Of a stretch of 64,000 nucleotides of DNA, positions 52,123-62,140 are shown in pieces. Source of the DNA: a virus; IMG/VR virus record IMGVR_UViG_3300028840_003497, positions 1 through 64,000 of that record. One strand, 5' to 3'. Each line of letters begins with the position of its first letter. The stretch's first letter is position 1. Below the pieces are notes generated by a model that did not search any database, was not told the DNA's origin, and saw only the letters and a program-made list of their open reading frames with translations. The translations under genes and the position numbers were made by a program.

Positions 52123-55006
52123 CTAGCAACTTCCTGCGATTGCCTTTCCCAGGCAACGCCTTCAACCGTGTACCGTTTATCCTATCCGCTTTCGGAGTTT
52201 TTTTCCACCTCCCATTTTTTTCCACCTTTAATTTGTCCACCAGGATGTTGATCCGGTTTGCAGCACGCTCCTCCGCTTCCTTCTGATCCTCTAGACTCTC
52301 AGGTTCATCACCCATAAGCCCAACGAACTGCCCTGTCTTTACCCCAAGCACATCCAACATCAACTCGTCGTACCCAACGCTGGCCACGCAGTAGTAGCTC
52401 GGAACATCCTGAAGAGCATCGTCCACTCCGATCCGAGAAATCCGTGTCTCACATTGAGAATTTCCAGTGACTGACACCTTGCCGTTCCTCCTCATCACCA
52501 GCGTTCCAAGTTCATTATTCAGACACCACACTCGCTTGCCGGGACTAACAGACTCATCCCGCCTAAATGAATTCTCCCGCATCGGACTGTCCTGAAGATA
52601 TGCATCCTGCCTATCGCTAATGTAAATATCATAGACAATATTGCCAGCAGACGTCCTATCCTTTCTTGTTGAAATGTTTGCACAAAAACCTCTCCGAACA
52701 CAAAGAGACTGCAGTCTCTCAAACATCACGATATTCGTGTTCGTTATTCTCCTGACAGACGAATCCCATTTCTTCTTTGCTCCGTCTCCAAGCCAAAGAC
52801 CATGAATAAAACACTCCAACTGTTCTCTGGTGCAACCTTCAAGAAGCGGACTCATATTCTTGTCGAGATAACGACGCAGGTCGCACCAACCCTTCAAAGG
52901 CTTATCGCGATCCAACCTGCTACGCCTCGACCCAGTCGGGATTCCATACCAAAGCATCCCTCGGATACGATTAACCCACCACTGAACCCCTGCCCCGTTG
53001 AGAATTTCAACGATATCCTTATTCCATGGTTGATGCTCAGCCTGGTAAATCGTGACCTGCCTACCGTTGAAGTTCCCATCGCTCACAAAAAGACCTATCA
53101 GTCTCAACTCATCATCTGACAGGTCAACACCAGGGGCATCCTGTATACCGCACACTGGAACATACCGCCTCTTCACACCTGATAATTTTTCAGCCGTCCC
53201 AACACCCCACTCAGATCTCACCGTTCCTTCCGTCGTCCTTCTGTTGCTTCTGTACACCATTCTGTGGTCACCAGTAACAAGCAGGTCGAGAGTTACAGAA
53301 TTTATCCGGTACATTTCCTCGTCGTCACCAAGTGAGCGATCCACCTTACCCAAAGCAGGAATCCATCTTATTCTCCCACTATCAACCTCAAACCCAGCCA
53401 CCAGATCACCAACGGCGACATCATCAACGCCTCTGAACCCGTCTTTTGTCAAAACCTCTGTTTTCTCATCAAAGCAATGAATAGCAGGTGACCAGTCCAG
53501 TTCCCCAAACACGCACATTGTTGCTCTATGCTGAAGGCCATCCAGCCCAGCCGCAGATCTCAAGCTCAGCAGCCCGAGGTCTGTTTTCCCATCCATGAAC
53601 CGACGTAGATTCACATCCTTCTGCGCCGTCGTCTGCCTGCCAGTAAAAATGGCAGGTTTGAATTCCTTCAGTCTCTCCTGAAAAATATCGTGAACATCAT
53701 GATGCCAAGCATACACCAAAGGACGCTCTCCACCCTCAATTAGGCTCGCCACAAACTCAGCAACGTACTTGGCCTTCGCCACACCAGTCGCCTTGCGAGA
53801 CTCGCGCTCAATCATACGAGCCATCTGCCCTTTCACATGAAACCGCGCTGTGTCGTATCCTTTTGCCTGCTGCTTAGCCGCACCAATCAGCTTGTCATAC
53901 ATGGCCTCGTCATGATGCAAATCCTCGATCTTCCTCGCTATCTTGGGCAGATCAATCGCCACCTCATCATCAGAAGCTCGGCGACGCAAAAGTAGTCCCT
54001 CGCGAGACAAGTGACCGTTCAATGCCTTCGGGTCAGATACTATCTTCTCGCCGTACCCCGTACACCACTCTCTCGTGAATGCCTCGTGGGATCCCAGAGA
54101 GTGAAAATCGATCGCGTTCATGACAGACCATATCTCTTGCCCATACCCGTACACAGGTGTACCAGATAGCCCCCACACATTCTCTGCTGCCTGGGATGCA
54201 AGCGATGCAGCCGAATACTTCGCTGTCCCAGTGTGCCTTAATTCCTGGACCTCATCAAAGATCACCGTTTTAAACCCACGCGCCAGGATTGTCTTTCTCC
54301 ACCAAGAGATTAACCCGTAATGAATGATCGCAAACGGGGCGTCCGGGATCTTGTACGGCGTCTGCGTCTTGAGGATCGGGGCCAGCTTCTCGCCGCGCTT
54401 CGTCGCCAACTCAAACGGACCCATGTCGCGCTGCCCCTTCAGCCCAGGGAGATCGAACAGCGTGCCCACCATCCGCTGCCACTGCTTCTGGACGTGGGTT
54501 TGGCAGACGATCAGGACAGGATACTTGTTTGCCGTCGCTGCCGAGGCCAACCCGCTCCACGTCTTACCAAGCCCCATCCCATCCCCGAGAACACAGCGAC
54601 GATTGGACGTCAAAAAAGTAACAGCCGACTCCTGAAATGGATACAAATCTCCAAGAAAGTCCGCTGGAGGAGTTGTTCGACGACGATCCGCCCCTGACAC
54701 CCTTTTGTTAATCTGGTCTATCGCGCTCTGCCGAGCATCGTCCAGAACGGATCGACACTGGTCAATATTCACAGGGAAACGCATCAGGAGCCAGTTAAGA
54801 TCGGCAATCTCCCGGCGCGTAGAATGAAATTCCAAATACCCGCCGCCGCCCCTCGTTACCCGCGCGCCTGGGAATATCCTCTTCGCATACTCCAGCAGAA
54901 GAGCCTCTCCGCTCAGCCGGAACATGTTCAGTTTATCAATAAACACCAGCTTGCCGTAGATGTGCCCATCCATGCTCGGCTCTTTGAGGTAATCAGGGAC
55001 CATCAT
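52091..55006 (-). CDS. SNF2-like (SF2) helicase with one intein
   Basis: LYPFQ, GDGMGLGKT, IFDEVQ, LSGTP, GLDGLQ and DWSP..H|SQ.E.R..R.G. Confidence 0.93.
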   Translation of the reverse strand: MMVPDYLKEPSMDGHIYGKLVFIDKLNMFRLSGEALLLEYAKRIFPGARVTRGGGGYLEFHSTRREIADLNWLLMRFPVNIDQCRSVLDDARQSAIDQINKRVSGADRRRTTPPADFLGDLYPFQESAVTFLTSNRRCVLGDGMGLGKTWSGLASAATANKYPVLIVCQTHVQKQWQRMVGTLFDLPGLKGQRDMGPFELATKRGEKLAPILKTQTPYKIPDAPFAIIHYGLISWWRKTILARGFKTVIFDEVQELRHTGTAKYSAASLASQAAENVWGLSGTPVYGYGQEIWSVMNAIDFHSLGSHEAFTREWCTGYGEKIVSDPKALNGHLSREGLLLRRRASDDEVAIDLPKIARKIEDLHHDEAMYDKLIGAAKQQAKGYDTARFHVKGQMARMIERESRKATGVAKAKYVAEFVASLIEGGERPLVYAWHHDVHDIFQERLKEFKPAIFTGRQTTAQKDVNLRRFMDGKTDLGLLSLRSAAGLDGLQHRATMCVFGELDWSPAIHCFDEKTEVLTKDGFRGVDDVAVGDLVAGFEVDSGRIRWIPALGKVDRSLGDDEEMYRINSVTLDLLVTGDHRMVYRSNRRTTEGTVRSEWGVGTAEKLSGVKRRYVPVCGIQDAPGVDLSDDELRLIGLFVSDGNFNGRQVTIYQAEHQPWNKDIVEILNGAGVQWWVNRIRGMLWYGIPTGSRRSRLDRDKPLKGWCDLRRYLDKNMSPLLEGCTREQLECFIHGLWLGDGAKKKWDSSVRRITNTNIVMFERLQSLCVRRGFCANISTRKDRTSAGNIVYDIYISDRQDAYLQDSPMRENSFRRDESVSPGKRVWCLNNELGTLVMRRNGKVSVTGNSQCETRISRIGVDDALQDVPSYYCVASVGYDELMLDVLGVKTGQFVGLMGDEPESLEDQKEAEERAANRINILVDKLKVEKNGRWKKTPKADRINGTRLKALPGKGNRRKLLGVFDGKLRKG
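52460..53476 (-). mobile_element. Intein in helicase (339 aa, LAGLIDADG-type)
   Basis: H|CFDEKTEVLT...VTGDH...LIGLFVSDG...LWLGDG...VWCL...VTGN|S. Confidence 0.93.
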
Positions 55007-55334
55007 ATCCGGAACCTCCGATACAGATGACAGGATAATAACATGAATTAATCTCCGGCATTTTCGGCCTCTCGATTTTTAAATCAAGGGGTAGCAAAAA
55101 CGAAGTCCTGTCAAACGAATCCACCCCAAACACCTCGGCCATCCCACCGTACATCTTGATAATCAAGGGGCAAAGCCTGAGAGTATTCACGTACGCCCTC
55201 ACCTTCGAAACGTACTCGGCCCTGCTCTTTGCCGCTTTTTCTGCCATTTCCATCAGATCCTCAAGATTCAAAACACTCTCATCCCAGGATCGCACATCGG
55301 AATACGTATTCCTTTCACCCGTTTTGTTGTTCAT
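54993..55334 (-). CDS. Hypothetical protein
   Basis: ORF packing. Confidence 0.55.
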   Translation of the reverse strand: MNNKTGERNTYSDVRSWDESVLNLEDLMEMAEKAAKSRAEYVSKVRAYVNTLRLCPLIIKMYGGMAEVFGVDSFDRTSFLLPLDLKIERPKMPEINSCYYPVICIGGSGYDGP

Positions 55335-55720
55335 ATCGTCAGTCCCCAATTCTTCGCCAGCGCCACGTATTTAATAGGCTTCCCGTGCGCCTCTTCTATA
55401 TGGTAATGCAGCCCCCGCTCGCTCACCAGGACAACCGTCTCAACCATCTCACTAGATGCGTAACGGGCCACCTGAGAAGCCACAGACTTCGCATTAGGCT
55501 TCCCTTTCTTCACCTCGACGGCCACAGCGCCCTCCACGAGCAAGTCCACCCTGCAACGCGGGGCAATGGTCACCTCGCGTTCATAGGCCAACCCTGCGCC
55601 CTCCAGGGCCTTTATAATCGCCACCACAACCTCAGACTCCAACCGGACCACTGGGATACGGATGCTTCGAGTGGCAACCAAGACTCGATCAACGAGAGAG
55701 AGTTCGGGTTCGTGGGTCAT
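55331..55720 (-). CDS. PD-(D/E)XK-fold nuclease-like protein
   Basis: E...YEREV...RVDLLV..VAVEVK...Q..RY. Confidence 0.7.
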   Translation of the reverse strand: MTHEPELSLVDRVLVATRSIRIPVVRLESEVVVAIIKALEGAGLAYEREVTIAPRCRVDLLVEGAVAVEVKKGKPNAKSVASQVARYASSEMVETVVLVSERGLHYHIEEAHGKPIKYVALAKNWGLTI

Positions 55721-55733
55721 CAGCCCTCCTGGA

Positions 55734-55749
55734 ACGAACTTGAGTTCGC
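55734..55749. repeat. 16-bp palindrome copy 10 (ACGAACTTGAGTTCGC)
   Basis: Between a stop and an AGGAGG RBS. Confidence 0.9.
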
Positions 55750-55750
55750 G

Positions 55751-56212
55751 CTATTTCTTCAACGATGACAATTTACTATGATCGACCGCCACGAAATTAC
55801 GCATCGGTCCAAGCCTTAGATTCATTCCACAATGAGGACACGGATCCCCAACTGCACCAATGTCCTTCTGGGGATCCAGTTTGCAGTTCGCGCACACCAC
55901 CTCAAACACCGCAGCAATGGCACCAAACCCTGTCCTCTCATCTATCCCGAAGAGACCATTCAGCACCCCGAGAAAGCCAACTTTGTAAACTTTCCTGCCG
56001 CCAACTTCTACCGGCTCGTCATCCTCCCACACGTCGTGGACGGCCCCTGGGATTTGATCCATACTAACCTGGATCTCCTCATCTTTGGCCAATTCATCAT
56101 TACAAGGAACCTTTGCTGCTCGCAACGCAGCCATCGCCTCCGGATCAGCCTTGACCGCCCGATTGAGAACATTCAATGCGTCAGCGATACTGATGTTCTT
56201 TCTAATAGTCAC
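55751..56212 (-). CDS. Hypothetical protein with Zn ribbon
   Basis: VGFLGVLNGLFG; CANC...CPHC. Confidence 0.7.
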   Translation of the reverse strand: MTIRKNISIADALNVLNRAVKADPEAMAALRAAKVPCNDELAKDEEIQVSMDQIPGAVHDVWEDDEPVEVGGRKVYKVGFLGVLNGLFGIDERTGFGAIAAVFEVVCANCKLDPQKDIGAVGDPCPHCGMNLRLGPMRNFVAVDHSKLSSLKK

Positions 56213-56810
56213 TCCGCCACCTTACAGAAGATTTGCACCCAGTCATGACCATTGGAGCATTCGGAAGATTAACATGGTCTTCATCTTGCTTCACCAAGGG
56301 CCTGTCCAAGATTTCATCGATCCACCCCATCATCTCGTCGGACATACCTGTGCCGATCTGTTTCATCAGCGCCGCCTTGAGATTGTCACGCTGGTAGATC
56401 ACCTCGGCGAGCTTGATACCTGTCGACTCTTGGATCGCCATTTTGTGTGTCACAAATTGAGACCGAACCAGCCGCAATTCCTCCCGGACCTCATCCAGTT
56501 TTTCGCGAAGCAATTTATTGTCTTCGTTTTTAGACGACGCCTCTGTTGCCAATCTAACAAACTCGTCACGATTGATATGAACGCGCTCCCCCCCATCAAA
56601 ACGGGCATCCATCAACACGGCAACCAACGTGGACATCCCTATCTGCTTGCGCTTGAAATCATGCCGCTCATCAGACAACTGTGTCTCCAGTTCTCTGATA
56701 TGCAACCCGAGCTTATCATTTTCGTTCTGCAAATCTCTCTTCTCCAGCAATACACGCCGAACATCCTGTCCCACCACGTCCTCTTTTGACTTTTTTTCTT
56801 CGTCTGACAT
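56202..56810 (-). CDS. Coiled-coil hypothetical protein
   Basis: AAGGAG RBS before MSDEEKK. Confidence 0.7.
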   Translation of the reverse strand: MSDEEKKSKEDVVGQDVRRVLLEKRDLQNENDKLGLHIRELETQLSDERHDFKRKQIGMSTLVAVLMDARFDGGERVHINRDEFVRLATEASSKNEDNKLLREKLDEVREELRLVRSQFVTHKMAIQESTGIKLAEVIYQRDNLKAALMKQIGTGMSDEMMGWIDEILDRPLVKQDEDHVNLPNAPMVMTGCKSSVRWRSDY

Positions 56811-57337
56811 CACAATCTCCTTTGTTCCTTTATTTTCTGCAGGCACTCCCACGCATGCTTATTCCATCTTGCATCGATCAACGCATTGTGCGCGCCATCT
56901 GGATCCTTGGGCAACTCAGAACGCTCCACATTCATCCAGAACATCTCCTGTTTAATGTCGAGCGTGTACCAGGGCATCCCTTTGGGCAGATCGATCATCA
57001 TCCCGAAGATCCAGCACAGGAGGACGTGATCGTAGTCGGCGTAATAGCCCCACAGCTCGACCGGATCTTCTTTGCTAGGCTTCAAGAAGTCTAACAAAGC
57101 ACTTCGGATCTCGGGCATGCGCTTCCAGGCTGGATTGTACCCACATGCGATGTCGCCCTTGTCTGGCAATTTGCAAATGACGTTTTTACGCACCCACTCG
57201 TTCGCCCTGCTCATGTCAGCGTCTAGATTGATCGCGTAGAACTCGCTATTATCCTCGCCAACCACACCGATCGATATCATCTCCAGAAAACCGGGCTCCT
57301 CCATAAACTCAAAATCGTAAAAAAACCGTCTACTCAT
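56810..57337 (-). CDS. DEDD 3'-5' exo(ribo)nuclease (Rv2179c/RNase AS-like)
   Basis: FYDFEF, ISIGVV, YADYD and HNALIDARW. Confidence 0.85.
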   Translation of the reverse strand: MSRRFFYDFEFMEEPGFLEMISIGVVGEDNSEFYAINLDADMSRANEWVRKNVICKLPDKGDIACGYNPAWKRMPEIRSALLDFLKPSKEDPVELWGYYADYDHVLLCWIFGMMIDLPKGMPWYTLDIKQEMFWMNVERSELPKDPDGAHNALIDARWNKHAWECLQKIKEQRRL

Positions 57338-57620
57338 CGTACTCCTCCCATTTCGCAATCACGGGCTGAACCTCAATATTCTCCCGCTCTTCTTTATCGG
57401 TCACGCCGCCCCAGAAACTCTCCCCAGATGAGCAATACACGTCGCTGTTGTTCCCCATGGCCCATCTAATCTCCGGCCCAGGAACATTCGTCGAACCAAC
57501 CGCTTCAAACTGTCTATACTCCGTTTTGAAGCACAGACTGTCGCCGTGTAAGAAGAACCCAGGCGGACACTCCCGAATCGAGCAAGGCCAACCATCCGGC
57601 TCAAGAATCAACCGTCTCAT
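57330..57620 (-). CDS. Hypothetical protein
   Basis: ECPPG.F...KTEY...SGE.FWGG. Confidence 0.7.
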   Translation of the reverse strand: MRRLILEPDGWPCSIRECPPGFFLHGDSLCFKTEYRQFEAVGSTNVPGPEIRWAMGNNSDVYCSSGESFWGGVTDKEERENIEVQPVIAKWEEYDE

Positions 57621-58002
57621 CTGTTGCCTTCCGCGAACTTGAGTTCGCAACCTTGAGTTTGCATACCGGACACCTTTCATCCATCCTTGAATACCGATCC
57701 CCGCATGATCGGCACGTCTCTATCGCCTCATCCTGTCGATGCAGCAAATCCAACAATGCCTCTCGCGCTTTGGCTCGCGGAACAACTTCAACATCCCACC
57801 CTGGAGTCAGGAACAGAACCGTCACGTTCTTCCCGGTGGACTTATTGACCTCACGGATCCCCTTTCGGAGCCTATTCCACAGCGCCTTCTGCCACTGGTA
57901 GCTCGGCTCTTCCACCCGGATGACGATCAGATCGCCGTCTCCCAGGTTGTGGGACTCGGAGTTCTCCTCCAGCCATGCCCGGATCTCAGATTCCTGCCCC
58001 AT
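57601..58002 (-). CDS. Hypothetical protein with Zn ribbon
   Basis: CRSC...CPVC. Confidence 0.65.
   Translation of the reverse strand: MGQESEIRAWLEENSESHNLGDGDLIVIRVEEPSYQWQKALWNRLRKGIREVNKSTGKNVTVLFLTPGWDVEVVPRAKAREALLDLLHRQDEAIETCRSCGDRYSRMDERCPVCKLKVANSSSRKATDETVDS
57633..57648. repeat. 16-bp palindrome copy 11 (GCGAACTTGAGTTCGC)
   Basis: Immediately upstream of the next gene's RBS. Confidence 0.9.
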
Positions 58003-58483
58003 GCTCCATCTCCTTGATTTGGTGTGCCGTATTGATGAGTATTTTCATCAGTTGTGGGCTCATCCCAAAACGCACCTTATTCTTCCGGAGGCTTTCGAAA
58101 ATATCCCCGTCGCCACGTTTTACTGCCGCCATCCAGTCGCAAATCATCTCAACTATCGCAAACAAACCCATGTCTTCCAGGTCGTCTCCGTGCTCGGGAT
58201 GATGATCGTTGTTCGCGTAGTGGTGTTCCAGCGCCGGTCCCATGTCCTGCAACACAACCTTGTACTCAGGAGATCCGTACGTCAGTAGCCGCAACAATGG
58301 CGTCACCCTGATAAATGTCTCACGCTCCGGATCCTCCATTTTTGAAGCATCGTGAACCATAGCTCTCCGTAAAAGCTCCTGCGCGAACATCATCATTATC
58401 TTAGACACCTCCTGCTGGTGCTTGCGTGTCTCGGCCTCGAAGAATAGTTCCTCTTTGCTCATATCTTCATTCGATTTCGTCAT
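57986..58483 (-). CDS. HD-like metal-binding protein (DUF5662-like)
   Basis: H...HDASK, HHYANNDHHPEH and EMICDW.AA; start revised. Confidence 0.75.
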   Translation of the reverse strand: MTKSNEDMSKEELFFEAETRKHQQEVSKIMMMFAQELLRRAMVHDASKMEDPERETFIRVTPLLRLLTYGSPEYKVVLQDMGPALEHHYANNDHHPEHGDDLEDMGLFAIVEMICDWMAAVKRGDGDIFESLRKNKVRFGMSPQLMKILINTAHQIKEMEHGAGI

Positions 58484-58916
58484 AAAATTCTCCCACGTTA
58501 ATAGCCTGCGGAACAAAATCGAGAGATCCCTCTTCAATAACATCCACGCAAGTCTCGTTGATTCTAGGACGATATGTCCTGACGAACAGAAATCCATCCT
58601 TCTCCATCGCCCACACGGGAACATTGAATTTGTCCCACTCTGGAAGGAACCCGCTATCCTTCGGCCAGCACAAGATCCACATCTGGTTGTGCTTGTCGGT
58701 CCATTCCTTCGCTAGAGGCATATGACCAGCACGATTAAAACCAGTCGGAAGCCCTATAGCAAAACTGCCAATCTGCGGCGACATAGTACCAACGACATGA
58801 TTCCTACAACCTGCAGCCTCGCCCCATTCAATCGGCTTATAATGCCCACACGTCGTGTCCATTCCTGAAGCACATCCAGGGCACACGAATTTCTTAATCA
58901 TCTCAACATCATTCAT
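58467..58916 (-). CDS. Hypothetical Cys-containing protein
   Basis: GAGGAG RBS; CPGC. Confidence 0.7.
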   Translation of the reverse strand: MNDVEMIKKFVCPGCASGMDTTCGHYKPIEWGEAAGCRNHVVGTMSPQIGSFAIGLPTGFNRAGHMPLAKEWTDKHNQMWILCWPKDSGFLPEWDKFNVPVWAMEKDGFLFVRTYRPRINETCVDVIEEGSLDFVPQAINVGEFYDEIE

Positions 58917-58947
58917 CCGTCAACTCCTCAGCAGCAACAAAAACGAC

Positions 58948-59130
58948 TCAGTCTTCATATCGAATGGTCACAGTTAACACTTTGTCGTCTTTCTTCTTCT
59001 TGACCTTCTCCGCCCAGGCCATAATCGTCCCTGTCCTGGTGTCGGAATCAAACACGCGCACCTTGTCATAACGAACCTCGCGGCAGTTCCATCCGTAGAG
59101 CGCAGTGGCGATGATTTTCTTAGGTTCCAT
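58948..59130 (-). CDS. Small hypothetical protein
   Basis: GGAGG RBS. Confidence 0.6.
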   Translation of the reverse strand: MEPKKIIATALYGWNCREVRYDKVRVFDSDTRTGTIMAWAEKVKKKKDDKVLTVTIRYED

Positions 59131-59131
59131 T

Positions 59132-59560
59132 TCAGCCCTCCACCGGATTTACGTCGAGCACGATGAGGTGCATGTACTGCACGTCGCTGACCTGCCTGGA
59201 GTAACGATGGTACGCCTTTATCTGCTCGCGCTCCCTGCACGTCACATCGACCGTGACGCAGACGTACGGCTTGCCCGTCTCGGGATCCCATTCGATCTCC
59301 GCCTTGGGATCACCAATCACCTCGAATGCCTTCCTAGCAGCCTCTACGTGCGCATCGACAGCATCTTTCCACTTCGAAGCCCCAGCTATCACCCGTCGAT
59401 TGTGCCGCATCTCACGCTTCAACTGCTCGTTCCTGCTCTCCATCGCTTCCCTCAACTCTTCAACACCGATCATATCATCCTCCTTACACACCTCAGTCAG
59501 GTGGTTATTTAGCAATTCTTTTTTTCTTCCTCGTCCAATAACTTCTCTACGTACCGCCAT
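59132..59560 (-). CDS. Hypothetical protein
   Basis: ORF packing; start uncertain. Confidence 0.6.
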   Translation of the reverse strand: MAVRREVIGRGRKKELLNNHLTEVCKEDDMIGVEELREAMESRNEQLKREMRHNRRVIAGASKWKDAVDAHVEAARKAFEVIGDPKAEIEWDPETGKPYVCVTVDVTCREREQIKAYHRYSRQVSDVQYMHLIVLDVNPVEG

Positions 59561-60372
59561 ACTCTCATCATCAAGTCAACAACCGGAGGCTCGATAAACA
59601 TCATCGCAAAACTCTCGTCCTGGGGCCTCAGATCACTGACCGCATCAATGGCAAGCCTCCGCTTCCTCTTCTTCCAACATTTGAGACCCTCGTCCATCTC
59701 CCACCCGTGAGCCTGAAGTGCTCGAAATTTACACTCGAAGAAAACTCGCGATCTGACCATAACAGCATTGAGATCTCCATCACGCCAATGTCCATCTGTA
59801 TAGATACTTAAGGCCATCTTCTTGGCTCGGACAGTGGCCACCTCATCTAACGCAACGGCCTTCTCTCTCCCTTCGAGTTCCACCTCTCCAGGAGTTCCAG
59901 CAGTGTCACTTGTCTCCACCCTGGCCCCTTCGTCCTCGCAGCTTCCAGGATCTGATTCACAGTCGGATTCGCCCCCACTCTGCTCCGAAACTCCGTCACA
60001 CCTTTCCGTGCAAACCCCTCGATCAATGTCATCTGCTCCTGGCCTATAGTCTTCATTCTCAACCTCCGCTTGGTAAAGCAAGTCGTTAATCATCATGATA
60101 AAATTGGACACATCAGCGCATTCCTCGCGAACCGATCTGATATTCTCCAACTGGACATGCGCCAAAATGCGACCCTGACCATCGATCACCTTCGGAAGCA
60201 CAAGAGACAATTCACGAACCTCATCGTAAACCCTCGCCAGGAGCGACCCAGGAAGATCTCTGGCCCACCCGCGCTCTCCGCGCAGTTTGTCGTGTTTTCT
60301 CAGCTTAGCTTCCTGCAACAAAGCCAGCCGAATCACCGGCTCCCGAATATCGCCAACAGTCAACTTCTTCAT
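59509..60372 (-). CDS. Protein with N-terminal MazG-like all-alpha NTP pyrophosphatase motif
   Basis: L..DEVREL...REECADVSNF.MMI. Confidence 0.55.
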   Translation of the reverse strand: MKKLTVGDIREPVIRLALLQEAKLRKHDKLRGERGWARDLPGSLLARVYDEVRELSLVLPKVIDGQGRILAHVQLENIRSVREECADVSNFIMMINDLLYQAEVENEDYRPGADDIDRGVCTERCDGVSEQSGGESDCESDPGSCEDEGARVETSDTAGTPGEVELEGREKAVALDEVATVRAKKMALSIYTDGHWRDGDLNAVMVRSRVFFECKFRALQAHGWEMDEGLKCWKKRKRRLAIDAVSDLRPQDESFAMMFIEPPVVDLMMRVWRYVEKLLDEEEKKNC

Positions 60373-60689
60373 TTACTCACCTTCTTCTCAGCGCGTCGGA
60401 TTCGCGCTTTGATCCGCTTCTCTTCAGCTGCCAAATCCTTCACGCGATGTTGAATATCGTCCAGAGCCTCTCGGCGGTAGCGAAACTGGCGCTCTTTGTT
60501 AGCGTACTGAAGGAGCACCTCGACAGGATCAAGTATTTCCTCGCAGTCCCGGCACTCTACACGCCGCAGCTTTGGATCCACCCGCACCCGGGTATGCCTG
60601 CACTCATTGATCATACGCGGCTTAATGTCGAGTCGCGCCGAGCCGAAGTTGCCAACGACAACCTCCGCCAGCTTATCTTCATCGCTCAT
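60369..60689 (-). CDS. Hypothetical Zn-binding coiled-coil protein
   Basis: CRH...VECRDC...LDP. Confidence 0.7.
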   Translation of the reverse strand: MSDEDKLAEVVVGNFGSARLDIKPRMINECRHTRVRVDPKLRRVECRDCEEILDPVEVLLQYANKERQFRYRREALDDIQHRVKDLAAEEKRIKARIRRAEKKVSK

Positions 60690-61222
60690 GTGTACCCCTC
60701 AAACAAAACGGGCCGTAGAGACTTCTTCAAATAAAGAGGATGCTTTGGATGGCCAGCAGCAGTAATTCCGAAACAATACATCTCCATATCCTTCGCAGCC
60801 AACAACATTGCAACTTGGCGACCACGATCAAGATGGCCACCATGAGATCCCCAGCATAATACAATCAGATCACTCTGCTTTGCAACATCAATGATCGCGT
60901 TGTCATTGTCCGGACCAACCGGATCAGGCTCTGCCTTCATCACCTTCGGGTCAGTAGCCCGGAACGAGAAAATGTTCAGCATCACCATCCTGCCATACCC
61001 CCACGCCTTCGCATAGTTGACACAACGTCTAACAGTGGGGTCGTTCTTCTTTTCGTCAGCGGTCGACGGGTTGAGACCCACAAATACCGCGCAGCCCTTG
61101 GTGCTATCCCACTCGCGCCACAGCCTATAACGGTGCCGACGATCAATGCTGAAATCGGCACCTTCCCCCGCAACGTCGAGCAGGTCTAGCTGTCTATCAA
61201 TGGAGTTTCTTCTCACACTCAT
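60686..61222 (-). CDS. DUF1643-family protein
   Basis: RYRLWREW, FVGLNPSTAD..DPTVRRC, RATDP and PKHPLY. Confidence 0.85.
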   Translation of the reverse strand: MSVRRNSIDRQLDLLDVAGEGADFSIDRRHRYRLWREWDSTKGCAVFVGLNPSTADEKKNDPTVRRCVNYAKAWGYGRMVMLNIFSFRATDPKVMKAEPDPVGPDNDNAIIDVAKQSDLIVLCWGSHGGHLDRGRQVAMLLAAKDMEMYCFGITAAGHPKHPLYLKKSLRPVLFEGYT

Positions 61223-61329
61223 GTCCTGGCCCCGGACCATGGTATCCGTACCGATGACAAGTCCCGATACTGTTCACTGGCAATTCTGCGGCCTCCCACA
61301 CGGGAGCTTTTCCAGATCGAACTCACCCG

Positions 61330-61800
61330 TCATGACACGTACCGGGCAAATCGCCTCGCAGCTGTCTTGGCTTGTCCGAGTTTCTCTATCTTGATCTTGC
61401 CAGCCTTTACGAACGGGGTCTTGTCAGTCTTGAGGTACCGCTCCGCAAACATCATATCACCAATCCCAAACCCACAAGCTGCTCTGTGGCTCCAACCGTA
61501 CCACTTCTGCTCTTCCTCATTAAATCCAATTGAACAACAATTGTTCACTGCCCCTTTTGGGTCGGCTAGTTGTACCTGCCTGATGCCGTGCTTGATGCAC
61601 AGATAGCGAGCCATCTTTGCGTCCCCCATGTATTGCCCATTGAAGTCAGAGTAACAGCAGACCATATCCAGCTTGCCGTCGCCCCCATACGCAGAAGTGT
61701 CGCGCAACTCCCGGCAGTAGAAATACCCCGGATAGTGCCTGCAAAACAACGTCTCTATAACATTCGGCAAATGTTTAATTTCCTCTTTCTTAATCGTCAT
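61330..61800 (-). CDS. Conserved phage hypothetical protein
   Basis: SIGF...QKWYGWSHRA..GFGIGD. Confidence 0.7.
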   Translation of the reverse strand: MTIKKEEIKHLPNVIETLFCRHYPGYFYCRELRDTSAYGGDGKLDMVCCYSDFNGQYMGDAKMARYLCIKHGIRQVQLADPKGAVNNCCSIGFNEEEQKWYGWSHRAACGFGIGDMMFAERYLKTDKTPFVKAGKIKIEKLGQAKTAARRFARYVS

Positions 61801-62140
61801 TTTCTGCCTCCATCGAATCATATGTCGCATCAAAGATATCCGGCTTGCACGGATATCTCTCACCTTGGACCCCGGTAATAATCCAGTCTCCAGGACAAAC
61901 AATGTGTCCACCCTCCAGCGTATCAACCCATCCGTGACGACGCATAATCTCTCCGCACTTCTCACATTTTTTATCACCATCGCATTCCGGCCTACGATAG
62001 CGCCTTACAACCTTCCCCTCGGGTATGAACCCTTCCTTATCGTTCACATAGATAGGCTCAGAATCGTCCTCCGGATGATCTCCGTTCTTGAACCACTGCG
62101 TAGCATCAATTACAACCGGCTTCTTTCTAAACTTTGACAT
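61790..62140 (-). CDS. Conserved phage protein (PGD.II motif family)
   Basis: KFRKKPVVIDA.QW...TLEG..CPGDWII.GV.GE.YPCKPDIF. Confidence 0.8.
   Translation of the reverse strand: MSKFRKKPVVIDATQWFKNGDHPEDDSEPIYVNDKEGFIPEGKVVRRYRRPECDGDKKCEKCGEIMRRHGWVDTLEGGHIVCPGDWIITGVQGERYPCKPDIFDATYDSMEAENDD

Noticed and set aside
61222-61333. Short ORF in frame with the DUF1643 gene across a TGA (readthrough or selenocysteine?)
   Set aside because: The DUF1643 domain is complete without it, and no SECIS-like element or other support was seen.
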